Source: Blepharisma stoltei ATCC 30299 | Taxonomy: Eukaryota > Protista > Ciliophora | DNA length: 64,000 nt | NCBI GenBank assembly: GCA_965603825.1 | Contig: CBFDEM010000047.1 | Coordinates: 372,001 to 436,000 of the forward strand | Direction: 5' to 3' | Shown: piece by piece, positions 46,383-58,501 of the stretch | Position numbering within the stretch: position 1 is the stretch's first letter | How the letters are laid out: every line of letters begins with the position of its first letter | The notes under the pieces: generated by a model | Database searches by the model: none | What the model saw: the letters and a program-made list of their open reading frames with translations, nothing else | Told to the model about the DNA's origin: nothing | Made by a program: the position numbers and the translations under genes

Positions 46383-49300
46383 ATGTGCGACTTAAACGCA
46401 ATCATAATTTCGATTTTAAGCAACGATCAAGCTGCCCGGCAACAAGGTGAAAACTTGTTGAAGAGCGCTTTTCAAGAAAACCCAGAGCATGCTTGCTATA
46501 ATCTCCTAGCTTCTATGACATCATCGAATGAAGATGTTTCAGGCTTGGCAGCAATTCTTTTGAAGAAAAAACTTATAGACGAAGGGATTTTGCAGAGATC
46601 TTCCAGACAATTCCATAGCCAACTGAAAGATTCATTATTTTCTTTGATTTCTCCTGAAAAATCATTTTTATTCCTTAAAAGGCTTGCTGATGTTTTAGTT
46701 AATTTTTCCATTCTTGATGGATGGGTAAATGAACTCATGAGCTTTATAGGGCAATGGAGTACACATCCTTCTCCAAATCTGAAGCAGTTTGCTATGTACT
46801 TATTTGAACTAGCCACTGAATATCAGCTAACTTTGGCCATTTTGAAAGAAAACGCAAACTCTGTGATGGGGATTCTATGGAACTCTTTGCAAGACCCAAA
46901 TATATTCATAAAGCTTGCTGCAATCAAAACGATGCTGATTTTTATGATTTCTCTCAATGATGAATCAGTGATAACAAATTATGGCCAAGTTTTTGAGTGA
47001 ACTATAAATATTATCAGTCAAGCTGTAGAGGATCCAAATTTAAATAGCGAACATTTAATAGGAGCTCTCAGAGTAGTTTCAGAAATAACTGATGCATATA
47101 AAAATTGCTGGGGAGATCTCACCGAAAAGCTGGCTCTTCTAATGTCATCTATTTCAAAATCTCAAAAATTCGGCTGTGACTGCAGGTCAGGAGCAGTCGA
47201 AGTATTAACTACCCTCATCAAGAAAACCCCTGAAAATCTAAAAAATAATACTTTTTTCATACAAGAAACATTAGCCCTTGGCTTCAGCCTCTTAACAGAA
47301 ATTGACTTCGCATTTGATATTGAAGGATGGAGCCAAGCAGACTCTGTAATAGGTCAAAATGAGCCATTCAGCTTGGGAAAAGAAATTCTTAGAGAATTAT
47401 CTGTAAATCTGAGTAATGCTGTTTTTGCAGATGCAATGAAACTTATATCAGCCCACTTACAAGCTCAGCATTGGGCTAATCAGCATAGCGGAATTTTGGC
47501 GATTGGATTAATTGCAGAAGGCTGCCACAGTGCTATAAATGAAATTCTTCCTCAGCTTATGAATTCTCTCATCAGTTTCACAACTTCTGAATTGCCTAGA
47601 CTTAAATGGGCAGCTCTTAGTGCAATAAGTACATTTTGCATTGAATTTGAACCAGATTTTCAAAAAGTTTATCAGTCCCAAATAATTGCAGCAATACTTA
47701 ACTGCCTTGCTTTAGGGAATTTAGCAAAGGTGAAAAGTCAGGCAGCTATTTGCATTTCTGACTATGCAAAAGGGCTGCTATCGGATAGTGCAAATCCAAA
47801 AACAGAGCTGATTCCATATCTCCCAAGTCTAATTCAAGCATTTTTATCAATTTTTTCAGACCCTACAACAACTCCTTATTTGCAGACCCAAATTTTCAGT
47901 GCTTTGTCTATACTTGCAGAAACTGCTGATACCGACTTTTCGCCTTACTATAGTCAAATAATTTTTGGAGTAAGAAACATCATCATATCTCCTGCAAACA
48001 GCATGGATGAAAAAGAAGTAAAAACCTACGCGATAAAATGTGCAGGAGCTATAATAGAAAGTGTTACTGGCTCACCTGAAAATTTTAAAGAAAATGTGAA
48101 TTCTTTGCTATCTGAATTTTTAAACATAAGGAATATGTTGGATGAAGCAGATCCAATCCATCAAGCTATTAATGAAACTTTGCCACAATTTGCGCTGCAT
48201 TTACAAGAAAATTTTGCTCCTTTTTTGCAAACTTTAATCGCGAAAATTCTTGAAAATGCTGACCAAGTTGTAGATATTCGATTAACTGATGTTGAAAGCG
48301 CTGACTCTTTGAGTGCGAATAAAAACATGAGGACTATTCAGTTTGAATTAAAAGGACTTGGAAGAAAACAGCTAGCTATTAGTACAACTTCACTTGAAAG
48401 CAAAATTCGGGCTTGCAAAACTTTATATGGCTTAGTTGAATCACTAGGGCCACTATTTTCTCAATACGTAAGACAAACTGTTCTTATTACAACTAAATTA
48501 GTTTCATATAAATTCAATTCAGATATAAGAAAATTTGCCTTGAAAACAATATGTAGCTTGCCTAATTGTTGTGAAAATTCTCAACAAAGGGAATCTTTAT
48601 TAATTCAAATAATTCCAACAATCCTCGAAGCATTATCAAAGTTAAAAACGCAAGCTCCAGTCGAAATCCATAGGCAGCTAAAATCACTTTTAGGCTGTAT
48701 GGAATCAGTCGAAAGTGTTGCTGTAATTAGCTTAGGCCAAGCTTATCAGCTTAGTGCTCTTCTCGCAGAATGCTTAAAAGACCTTTTCCAAAGAAAAATT
48801 GACAGATCCCAAGAAGTGTTAATGACGTTTAGTGAAAAAATTTTGTCAGAGCTAGAAGATGATGAAAACGTTGATGATGAAATTTTGAAAAAAATTATGG
48901 AAATTGTTGGGAAAATGATGAAATCATTCAAAATCCAGTATCAGCCAATTTTTTCTGAGTTTTTTAAGAATGTTTTTGGCGAAATTTTATATAAGCAAAA
49001 TGCTAATGAGAATGAAATTTTGAGCTCAATATGCATTTTCTGTGACTATATAGAAGCTACTGGAGATCTAATGATAATTAATGGAGCATCGCCACTTTTA
49101 GAACAATTTATACAAAAATCATATCATAGTAATTCTGATATTAGACAGAGCTCGGTGTCTGGGATTGGAATTGTAGCTGAAATACGGGACTCAAGTATTT
49201 TTCCTGCTTATTTAGAAAAAGCTTTACAAGCTGTAAACTATATTTTAAGCCTTCCAGACTCAAAAAGTGAAGCTTTAATAACTTCAACTGAAAGCGCAAC

Positions 49301-49544
49301 TGGAACACTTGGAAAAATCGCATTGTATTATAGATCTGATCTCATTGGAAATTGGCTAAATATGCTACCTTTAAAGTCAGATCCTGAAGAAGCTAGAAAC
49401 AGTCATGAACTTTTACTAAGAAATCTTGGGAACTTAAAAGAATTTGAACTTAAAATTAGGGATATTGTTGGAGAAATTAAAAAATTGCCTAATGAATATT
49501 TAACAGATGAAGGGAGAAATATTATCTTGCAGAGTTATTTATAA
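46383..49544 (+). CDS. IPO5: Importin-beta family HEAT protein, importin-5/Kap121-like (1053 aa)
   Basis: ORFs join via TGA 46998; WANQHSGILAIGLIAEGC, PRLKWAA, ISTTSLESKIRAC, WLNMLPLKSDPEEA. Confidence 0.82.
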
Positions 49545-49612
49545 TTAATAAAGGTGAAAATCACATTAACTTGACCTTAGGTATTTTTAATTAAAATTTT
49601 AAATTACATAAA

Positions 49613-50095
49613 ATGAGCAATTTAATAGATACTTTATGTGAAAAGTTAGGCATACAAGTCAGTTTGGAAGATCCAAACTACCTAATTGGCAGAGAGTCAT
49701 TTAAAAAGCGAATCTCTGTAATTGAGCAAACTATCAAAAATCTTGATTCATTGTGCTCAAAATTATCCTACAAAAGCCCAGAGCCTCCTAAATGAAGATC
49801 TAACTTTTTGCCTCCAAACTTCCCTAATGAAGATTTTTGTTTAGATCGAGATGACCCTACCAATTTTTTATCTATCTCAACTGAAACTAAGATAGTTGAG
49901 GGTGTAATTATAAAGACAGTTAAAGTTCCAATGTTAAATAAGCGGCAAAAAGAAAATTCAGTGTCAGAAGAGTCAGAAGAATCAGATAAGTCAAGCTCAA
50001 GCTTTGAATATGAAGAAGAAGAAGATAATAATAGCTACATTTCTCCGCAAGATTTCGAGGAGCTAGCAAGGGTTTTGAAATTTAATGACTTCTAA
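49613..50095 (+). CDS. Hypothetical acidic protein (160 aa)
   Basis: Two track ORFs join in frame via TGA 49793. Confidence 0.7.
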
Positions 50096-50119
50096 GAGAA
50101 AAATAATAATCTATTAGAA

Positions 50120-50734
50120 ATGGCGACTAAAAGGTATCAGCAGAAGATTATCGTGCTAGGAGACTCAGGGGTGGGGAAAACTTCTTTATTGAATCGTTAT
50201 GTGCGCCAAGAATTTTCTCAAAATTATCGAGCTACTATTGGAGCAGACTTTTTATCGAAAGAAATTACAGTAGATGATAGACATATTTCTCTTCAATTAT
50301 GGGACACAGCAGGTCAAGAGCGTTTTCAATCTCTTGGAATGGCATTTTATCGAGGTGCAGATTGCTGTCTCTTAGTTTATGATATGACAAATCTAAAGTC
50401 CTTCCAAAGTCTTGCTAATTGGAGAGATGAATTTTTGAAGCAATCTTCTCCTAATGATCCTGCAACTTTTCCATTCATTGTTTTAGGAAACAAAAGCGAT
50501 TTAGTCAATGAGAGAGTAGTTTCTGAAGCAATGGCTCAGCAATGGGCAAAAGAAAATGATTTAATATTAATCGAAGTCTCTGCTAAAGAAGGGAAAAGCG
50601 TAGAAGAAGGCTTTCAAGAAGGTGCAAGAAAAGCTATGAAGAGAGAACAGCAATCTCAACCAATTTTAAAACCTGCTATCAACTTAAAGAAGAATAACCA
50701 AACTGCAGGGAAAAAGAAATCATGCTGTAAGTAA
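50120..50734 (+). CDS. RAB7: Rab7 GTPase
   Basis: GDSGVGKTS, YRATIGADF, WDTAGQERFQSLG.AFYRGADCC, NKSD, SAK, C-terminal CC. Confidence 0.96.
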   Translation: MATKRYQQKIIVLGDSGVGKTSLLNRYVRQEFSQNYRATIGADFLSKEITVDDRHISLQLWDTAGQERFQSLGMAFYRGADCCLLVYDMTNLKSFQSLANWRDEFLKQSSPNDPATFPFIVLGNKSDLVNERVVSEAMAQQWAKENDLILIEVSAKEGKSVEEGFQEGARKAMKREQQSQPILKPAINLKKNNQTAGKKKSCCK

Positions 50735-50743
50735 TTTAACAAA

Positions 50744-51400
50744 TTAATTATTTTGATACGAGTGCTTAAGACGGGTAATTTTTGTTTTTATGCTTTCTGT
50801 AGCCCTTGAGGGTGAAAAGTGGACAGATCGTTTTAATTTAACTTGCCTCGGCAAGCTTGAGGATAAATGTAGCTCTCTTTGCTTGATAGAGATATGATTT
50901 CTTTTCATAATGCTAGTCAGAAGCATAGGCTGTGGCTTTGTCATGTCTAGTTTACGATTATCAAAAGTAGATGCAAATTTTGTATTTAAAACCGGTGATA
51001 AGCTTTTTATTCTCTCTGTTTTTGGAGATTCCCTCAGAAGCAATTTTAATTTTTCTGAGATTATGGGTGCTGGCTTATAAATTTTCTTCAAATCTTTATC
51101 AGGTATGGACTCATTTCTATATACAATTTCTTTATCCGTATTTCTCCTATTAGCAAATCTTTTTCTTTTTACTTCCAAAAACGTGCTGTGTCTCTGTGTT
51201 GGCCTCAATTTTGCCTCTAATTCCCCTACATTATCAGAAAATTCATTTAAAGCATTGCTATCTGAGTCTTTATCTATTGTGATGGATTTTGATAATAAAG
51301 GATGGTCTGGAAGCTTCTTGCCTTTTATGACAGAATATATTTGCCAAGGCAATAAAGGTGGCTTTGTGTGGAAAATATTTACAGTAAATGGTTCTTCCAT
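50744..51400 (-). CDS. Hypothetical basic protein (218 aa)
   Basis: Intact ATG..TAA ORF. Confidence 0.7.
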   Translation of the reverse strand: MEEPFTVNIFHTKPPLLPWQIYSVIKGKKLPDHPLLSKSITIDKDSDSNALNEFSDNVGELEAKLRPTQRHSTFLEVKRKRFANRRNTDKEIVYRNESIPDKDLKKIYKPAPIISEKLKLLLRESPKTERIKSLSPVLNTKFASTFDNRKLDMTKPQPMLLTSIMKRNHISIKQRELHLSSSLPRQVKLKRSVHFSPSRATESIKTKITRLKHSYQNN

Positions 51401-51510
51401 TGTTTAACGATTATAATGTGACTAATCATATTCTCAGATTTGAATTAGTAAAATATATTTCTGTAGGTTTATTTACTGCTATTTACCTTATAAAAATAGA
51501 GAAACCATAT

Positions 51511-52473
51511 TTACTTCTTATTAGTAAGTCTCTCAAACATAGTTTTTACCATCTTTTTCGTATCAAATTTCAGCCTATGTCCCCAATCTCTTTCTGCAAC
51601 GCTTCCATCAGTTCCATCAGGCCAGCTTTTCACGATTGGATCTCTATAATCTGGCTTGTACTCCACTTCTCCAGGTAGCCATCTTAAGACTTCATTGACA
51701 TAATCCCCTACACTCACTCCACAAGATGCCATTGTATAGCTTCTTGCCGTCAGTCTGCTATTTGGAGCTTGCATAAATTGGCTTACAGCGTCAATTAAGT
51801 CATCTAAATAAATTAAAGGCATTTTGGTTTCAGGAGTTACTGGGATTACAGTTTTTCCAGTTTTTAAGAGATCATAAAACATAGTCACGGTAAATGCAGC
51901 TGAGCCACCACCAGGGGCGCCTTCAGAGGTGACTATTGGGATACGCAAACTTCGAAAATCAACTCCATGTTTCAGGTTATAATATTCTCCAATGAGTTCT
52001 AAATGAACTTTAGTGATTCCATAAATTGTGGAAGGTCTTTGGATTTCAAGGTTTCCTGGGATTTTTGGAGTCGAAGCTCCAAACGACGCAATGGAAGATG
52101 CTGCGAAAAATTGAGCATTATGAATCCTAGCTTGCTCTAAAATATGATGAAGCCCTTGAATATTCAATTTCAAGGCCAGCTTAGGGTTCAATTCACTAGG
52201 TGCACTAAGAGTAGAAGCCAAATGGTAAATAATTGTAGGTTTGTATTCAGCAAATAGCTCTTCGACACGATTGTTATCTAAAACATCAAGTTGCTGGAAA
52301 CGGGTGTTTTTATCCCAGCCAGATGATGGCTCTTTCAAGTCAGTAGCCAAAACATTTTCGAGTCCATAAGTTTGTTGAGCTCTGGTTAAAAGTTTTGAAC
52401 CAATTTGGCCTGCTGCACCAGTGAAAATTACTCTAGCTGTAGAGAATTTTCTCATCGCTGCGTTCATTACCAT
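51511..52473 (-). CDS. TDH: L-threonine 3-dehydrogenase (SDR type), probably mitochondrial
   Basis: TGAAGQIG, HLASTLSA, SSIASFG, QRPSTIYGITK, PGGG, IVKSWP; likely start ATG 52473 or 52467. Confidence 0.9.
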   Translation of the reverse strand: MVMNAAMRKFSTARVIFTGAAGQIGSKLLTRAQQTYGLENVLATDLKEPSSGWDKNTRFQQLDVLDNNRVEELFAEYKPTIIYHLASTLSAPSELNPKLALKLNIQGLHHILEQARIHNAQFFAASSIASFGASTPKIPGNLEIQRPSTIYGITKVHLELIGEYYNLKHGVDFRSLRIPIVTSEGAPGGGSAAFTVTMFYDLLKTGKTVIPVTPETKMPLIYLDDLIDAVSQFMQAPNSRLTARSYTMASCGVSVGDYVNEVLRWLPGEVEYKPDYRDPIVKSWPDGTDGSVAERDWGHRLKFDTKKMVKTMFERLTNKK

Positions 52474-53715
52474 TATTATTATATATAATTGCACTCTCAA
52501 CACAAATAATTGCATAAGTTGCTTAGGCACTTTCCCTAGCAACCGAAAAAAAATGCACTATTTATCCAAGCGAGAAAAAAAATTACAATTTGGTGTTGGG
52601 GCTAATTAGAAATCCTAAAACATAAAGATTGTGATCAATGCTATGAATCATGCCCAACTTGGATGCTGCCAGACCACTGCCAAAGGCCCTTTAAGCGTTT
52701 TTAAGTTCATGCAGCTATTAGATACTAATTAAATTAAAAAGGAGAATGTTTAGCTAATTATGGAATCATATTCTGAAATATAACGCTCCTAGTGACTTCT
52801 TTTATTGCATATTATGATAAAAAAATTGGAGTATAACTTCTAACAAATATTACTATCATTCGATTTGGAGGAATAGTTGAAATTGTAAATTGGCTATAGT
52901 TTAGTTTGAAGCAAAAAATTGTATGACAATCTTTATCTATTTAATTTCAAATTGTATGGCTCGAGATTATTAAATAATAAGCATTCATTTAATAAAAATT
53001 GAAATATTGCTGCAGTATGTGACTTTGAGTGCAATAGCGCATTTTTTGGAAGAAAGGCGCTATATCTTCCCCTGTTGAGATATTGCTATCACTGCAAGGC
53101 AGAAATTGCTTATCATCCCGGTATCAATTAACCTTAGAAGGCTAGAAAAGGAAGTCTAGCGATACATTATAAGGGTTAATGTGATCTCAGATGAGACTTT
53201 GGGGCTGTAGCTTTACAAGTCGCTGTGTAATGAATCAGCAAGGAGTAGACCATCTAAGTGAAGGATAGGAATACGCCCACAGCTCATCAGATTCAAGCAG
53301 AGGAATCACAAGATTATTGGACCTAATTAATCAAATTCATGCACTGAGGCCAAGATAATAGGTAAGATGTGAAGACCAAGCTATCTTACTATCCTTACTG
53401 ATGGTTAAAGCAATCTTTTATATACTAGATCAAATTTATTCAAAGATTCATTTATTTAATATTTTGGAATAGCTCGAGCTATTGCACTGAACACTTACGA
53501 GTTCAATTAATGAAATCTCAAATAAGTTAATAAAAATTATATAATTCAAATAAATGTGATCTGATTTCTTATGAAAGAATAGCTGGCTTCATTTAAGTCA
53601 CTCATTGGCAAATCATCAAAAATTATTACATAATTAAGCATCATATTTCTAATTTTATTTAAATTGATTAAGTTATTTTTTTTTAATCTGTTTAATTTTT
53701 GTATAATTCCCATTT

Positions 53716-56700
53716 ATGCTAGAGTTGAACGAAGAAGGAGATGAAATTTCAGGTTACAAACAGAATTTATGGAAAATAAAAGAAGAAAAATCCATAAAAA
53801 ATTCTATTTTTGAGCTTTATAGCAGGCTATACTATAAAAAGAATTATGATGAAAAAAATATATTCAGACAGAAAGTTGAAATTGTTCTAAACAGCACAGT
53901 TTGGTGCTTTCAAATTATGAGCTTATTATGAATCCCTAGCCTTCCAGTAAAGGGCTGAAGTGAAACTATGGTTATATGAGAAGCTATTGGATATTTCAAG
54001 CTTGATAATGCATGCTTAGAACTGGGATTAGTTAGTGAGTGCTTTTTTATATCAATTTTGAGCACCTTTATTATTAGCTTAGTTATTATGATTTTAGTAT
54101 TTATGATTTATCGCTCTTACAATATTCCAGAGTTTACTTTTAGAATAGTGAAACTCTTTTTTTATTTATGAACTTTATTTCTAATAATACCTTCTATGGA
54201 GCTACTTACCATTTTTCTAAAATATAATTTTTGGCCTCAAAAATATGTCTCAGAATACAAAAATAATAATGAGATTGGGAAGTTTGAGATAAGTACTTTA
54301 TACCAGATTCTAGTTGCTTTTACTATGATTATTAACTTTCCTTTATTTATTTTTCATACAGAATTTTCAGGAGAAATTCGGCATTTTATGAGTTGTAAAA
54401 AAATAAATGCAAAGGCACACTCAAAAATTGACAAAAATACAGCAATTTTTACATATTTTTCCCCGGTTATTTACGCGATTTTTGCTAAGGATTATATCGT
54501 TTATTTACAAATTTTTATCTCAATTATTTCAAGTCTCCTTGCAATAGAAACTTTAATGTACTTACCTTATTTCTCATTATACTCTAATTGTATAGTGATT
54601 CTTAAGATTTTTATTGTTGCTTTTGTGGCATTTTCTTTCCTTTTGGGATATTTGGCAGATAATTCGTTAGCTATTTCTTTAATAGCAATACTTTTAGGTC
54701 CACTTTTGGGTGCATTTATAGTCAGGCTTGTTTCAAATTTATTAAATAAAACAAATATCCCAGGTAGCTTATCAGGAATCATTTCTCAGTATGACTTGGA
54801 AAAAGCTTTCAGATCTGCTTTGTGTAAAAATGATACAGAAAATAAAGATCAAATAGTCTACATGTTTGAAGCTTTTTTTATCAAAAATATATTGAATAGA
54901 GGAAAACTTCAAATCATATGAATAACTAATTACTGTTTTTATACGCTAAGAGATGAGTCTTTAGCGAAAATTAAATTAAGTAAGGCCAGGAGTATTTTTG
55001 ATTGAGACCTCGAAATTAATTATCAAGAATATTTATGCAATCAAAACATATTAATTGCTTGCTTAGGCGAAAACACACAGTTTTCAAATTATTTTCAAAA
55101 ACTAAATATGATAAAAAGAGAAGACAAAAAGATGTGCCTGAATTCACTTAAATTCTTAAATGAAATGGTTTCGCCCAATCCAGATCTTAATAAACTAAAA
55201 AGACATTTGAGTGTTGTTTCTGACAAGATCTTGCTACTAAATAAAGAATACAGCCAATTGACAGCAAAATATCCTAACATGAGAGAATCTCTATCTCTTT
55301 ATGCTTCTTATACTAGAAATATAATTTATGATGTTGAAAAATCAACTCTACTTGATTACAAATTAAAGTCCCTTGACAAGTTTATTGATACTTCTATGAA
55401 CGATTCAAAAGATTTTAGCTATTTTAATGAAAATAATGCGATTTTAATGTTTTCTACTGAAGAAGAAAACTTCGGTTATTGCTTTTTTGGAAATGAGAAA
55501 GCTGCAGAAATTTTTAAACTTCCTTTATCAGAAATTATTGGTAACAATGTTTTAAATTTTATCCATCCTCACTATAGGAATGAAGTTAAGAAGGTAGCTA
55601 GTTCATACATTTGGAGTACTTCAAGCTCAGAAATTAATTTTGTCGAAGGATTTTTTTGGCATGCTCCGTCTGCTGGTTTACTGGAATGTGTAGGGAAAAT
55701 AGCTATAACTTCAATGAATACTTTATTTGTTGGCTTAATAGTTTTTAAGCTAAAACCAGTCAATCATCAAATTGCATGGCTCACAGAAAATAGAGAAATT
55801 TGCTGCTATACAGATAATTTTCCTAAAATGATTAAAAAATCCTATATTAATTTGGCTGGATGCAATATAAGCAATTTATTTTCTGATTTAAAAGAGGATT
55901 TACAACTTTTTATCCCTTATCATTTATCAAATTTGGAGAAAGAAACTGTTATTATCATTGGCTATTACAATTTTTATACAATGAAAATGCCTTATGCAAT
56001 ATTGACAAGTGACTATGAAGAAATTAAAAAGTGAAAAAATGAAGCTTTTAGCCAAGAAATCCATCTACAAAACTTACAAGAAAGTAATTCATTATGTTTG
56101 ATAAGCTCTCGAGAAAATACATTGTTTAATTTTGAGAGTCAAAATCAAGAAGATATTTACATAGACTCTAAAATGAATTTATATCAGTCTAATGATGAAT
56201 GTTACTCTGATGCAAGTAATAAATTGCTATCAGAGAAAGGTGATGATCAAGATAAGCCAAATAAATCAGAGTATCCTGTTCATGATAAATACACTGATTC
56301 AATAAAAAAATCTTCAAGATCAACTAATATTTTGCATATTGCTTTTGGTTTAACAGTAATATATAATTAGTACCTAGTTATACTCTGTGTGAGTACAGCA
56401 ATTCCAGTTTATGCTTATTATAAAATAAACTTAGTAAGCAATATTGACCTTTCAATTGCTGTGGGAAAAGCAGGGATAGATTTTCAATCCATAGGCTTAA
56501 TTTCAAAAACAATTTGGATACTTTCTTATTTTGATAGTTCAGGTTCAAATCCTGTTGAGTTAGCCTTCTGAAAAGATTTTTACAATATCTTGACAGATTT
56601 GGAAAATGTAAACTTGAATTTAACTTCTAATTTTAAAAATTGAAATTTTTGTTCAAGCAAAAGCATTTTGAGTGATAAAAATGTTGATTTATTGTATTCA

Positions 56701-57888
56701 GGAAATGGAATTTATAAGAAAAAAACAAATTTGCTCGATACAACTACAGAGTTTATTAAAAATGTAAAATTTATCTAGATGAATGAATTCTCAAGAAAAT
56801 TAAACAATTCAGAAAGTGTATGAAAAGAGGTAACATTTCTTTTATTAAATGGATATGGTGAAGCATTTCAATATTGCAATAGATCGTTATTTGAAATTGT
56901 AGAATGCCAAAAATCAATGGTTGATGATTTTGAAATAAAAATATACACTTTATTGGGATTAGGTCCAACAGTGCTCGTTTTATGCGTTTGCTTACTTCTT
57001 CCATTTTATTATTCTGTAGTAAAAATTGAAAATACTCTTTGAAATACATTAAGAGCTAAATCTTATGCCCATTACTCTGAACTGAAACAAAATCTTATAG
57101 AACGACTAAAAAATATCCACTCTGAACCTGAAATAATGGCTTTTGATCAAAAATTGTCTAAAGATCGAAGAGAGCTTAAAAGCCTTTGAAAATATATATG
57201 AAGGGCATGTTTATTAGTATTAGCAGTGATTATATTTTCTATAGTAAATATTACTTATCTTTATGATAAATGCGCAGATTATTTATACTATAGGCCTGTA
57301 TTTATAAGAGAAGTGATAAACCAACAGATGTTGTATACAGGCTTGGATATATGAGCGACTGAATCGGCAGCAGATAACTATGGAGCCCCCACTTCAAATA
57401 TATTTCCTTCATTGTACCCTTTTAGGACCAGTATATCTCAGTTTCAAAAAGTCAAATCAAGGCTTGAATATTCTGACTCAACCATAATCAAACAAAAGTT
57501 TTCATCTATTTTATCAAAAAAATTTAAAGAAATGTATTATGAAAATTTAGATGGTTCTGAAACTTTCGCTTTTGGACTATATCCATCTAAGGAAATATTT
57601 GAATTTGATAGCTATCTTACAGCAGATTTACCTATCCCTGTAGACCAATGACTCAGAATGATGTCTATTTCAAGGGAGCTAAATTCTTATTATAGTATGC
57701 TTATTGAAGATATTGACAAATACTCAAAAAAATTGATTGATAACCAAATTCTTATTATAATAGCAACTTTAGCTATTTTTATACTATCTTTATTTGTTCT
57801 ATATTTTGGGTTTTATTTGACATTTTTTAGGAGTGAAAAAAAATATTTGCAGAAAATAGATGCAATAATAAATATTGTCTCTTATTAA
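53716..57888 (+). CDS. Multi-pass membrane protein with a cytoplasmic PAS-like domain, copy 1 (1380 aa, two introns)
   Basis: Seven track ORFs lie in one frame, joined by 15 TGA=Trp codons and introns 56356-56370 and 56764-56778; GNEKAAEIFKLPLSEIIGNNVLNFIHP is PAS-like; many hydrophobic segments. Confidence 0.85.
56356..56370 (+). other. 15-nt intron GTAATATATAATTAG
   Basis: In-frame TAG; position conserved in the paralog. Confidence 0.88.
56764..56778 (+). other. 15-nt intron GTAAAATTTATCTAG
   Basis: In-frame TAG; position conserved in the paralog. Confidence 0.88.
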
Positions 57889-58501
57889 AGATGCATAAAT
57901 AAAAAACAATTTAAGAAAAAATATATTAGTCTTTTCAATGAATTTAAGTTCAATCTTTTACTAATTTGCTTATTGTTAATTTCCATGAGCCATTTATCAT
58001 TTTGCCGCTCATCAAAAATTAAGCAATTTTTCGAATATCCTAAAAATATAAAATTTAACTAATATGTATACTTTAAATCTTAGATGATTGCTAAGGAGGG
58101 TTAAACCAAATAAATAGAAAATAGACTATGCTCAAGTGCTCTTAGAGTTCAAATGAAGTTTAGGATTATAAGGCACACAAATCATTACTGCTATTAAAAA
58201 TATAATTCTTTGTGCTTTTAATAAAGGCATTTTCTATTTACAGCTATATTTTAGAAGTAGAGTATCTTTAATTGAAAAGAGCAAAGCGATATTGTATCCA
58301 TATTTGCTTAAGTACCTTATGAATTATACGAACAAAATGTAAAATGGGTAATTATATGAATTATATTTCAGCCATTTGAATAATAACTATTTTTTGCATC
58401 AATAATGAAATTTCAATAGTTTTGAATAATTAAACAATTTATTTAAATTCACTCCAGGTATTTTTTTTTTAAAATCTGTTAATTTTATATATTACCCATT
58501 T

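Noticed and set aside
52621-52704. Short Cys-rich peptide (CDQCYESCPTW...) resembling a furin-like repeat
   Set aside because: No start codon and about 30 codons only; too short to support
53218-53292. Hammerhead-ribozyme-like CTGATGA-GCTGTG...CACAGC-GA on the minus strand
   Set aside because: The core continues GAC instead of GAAA, and no convincing stems I/III or cleavage triplet are present
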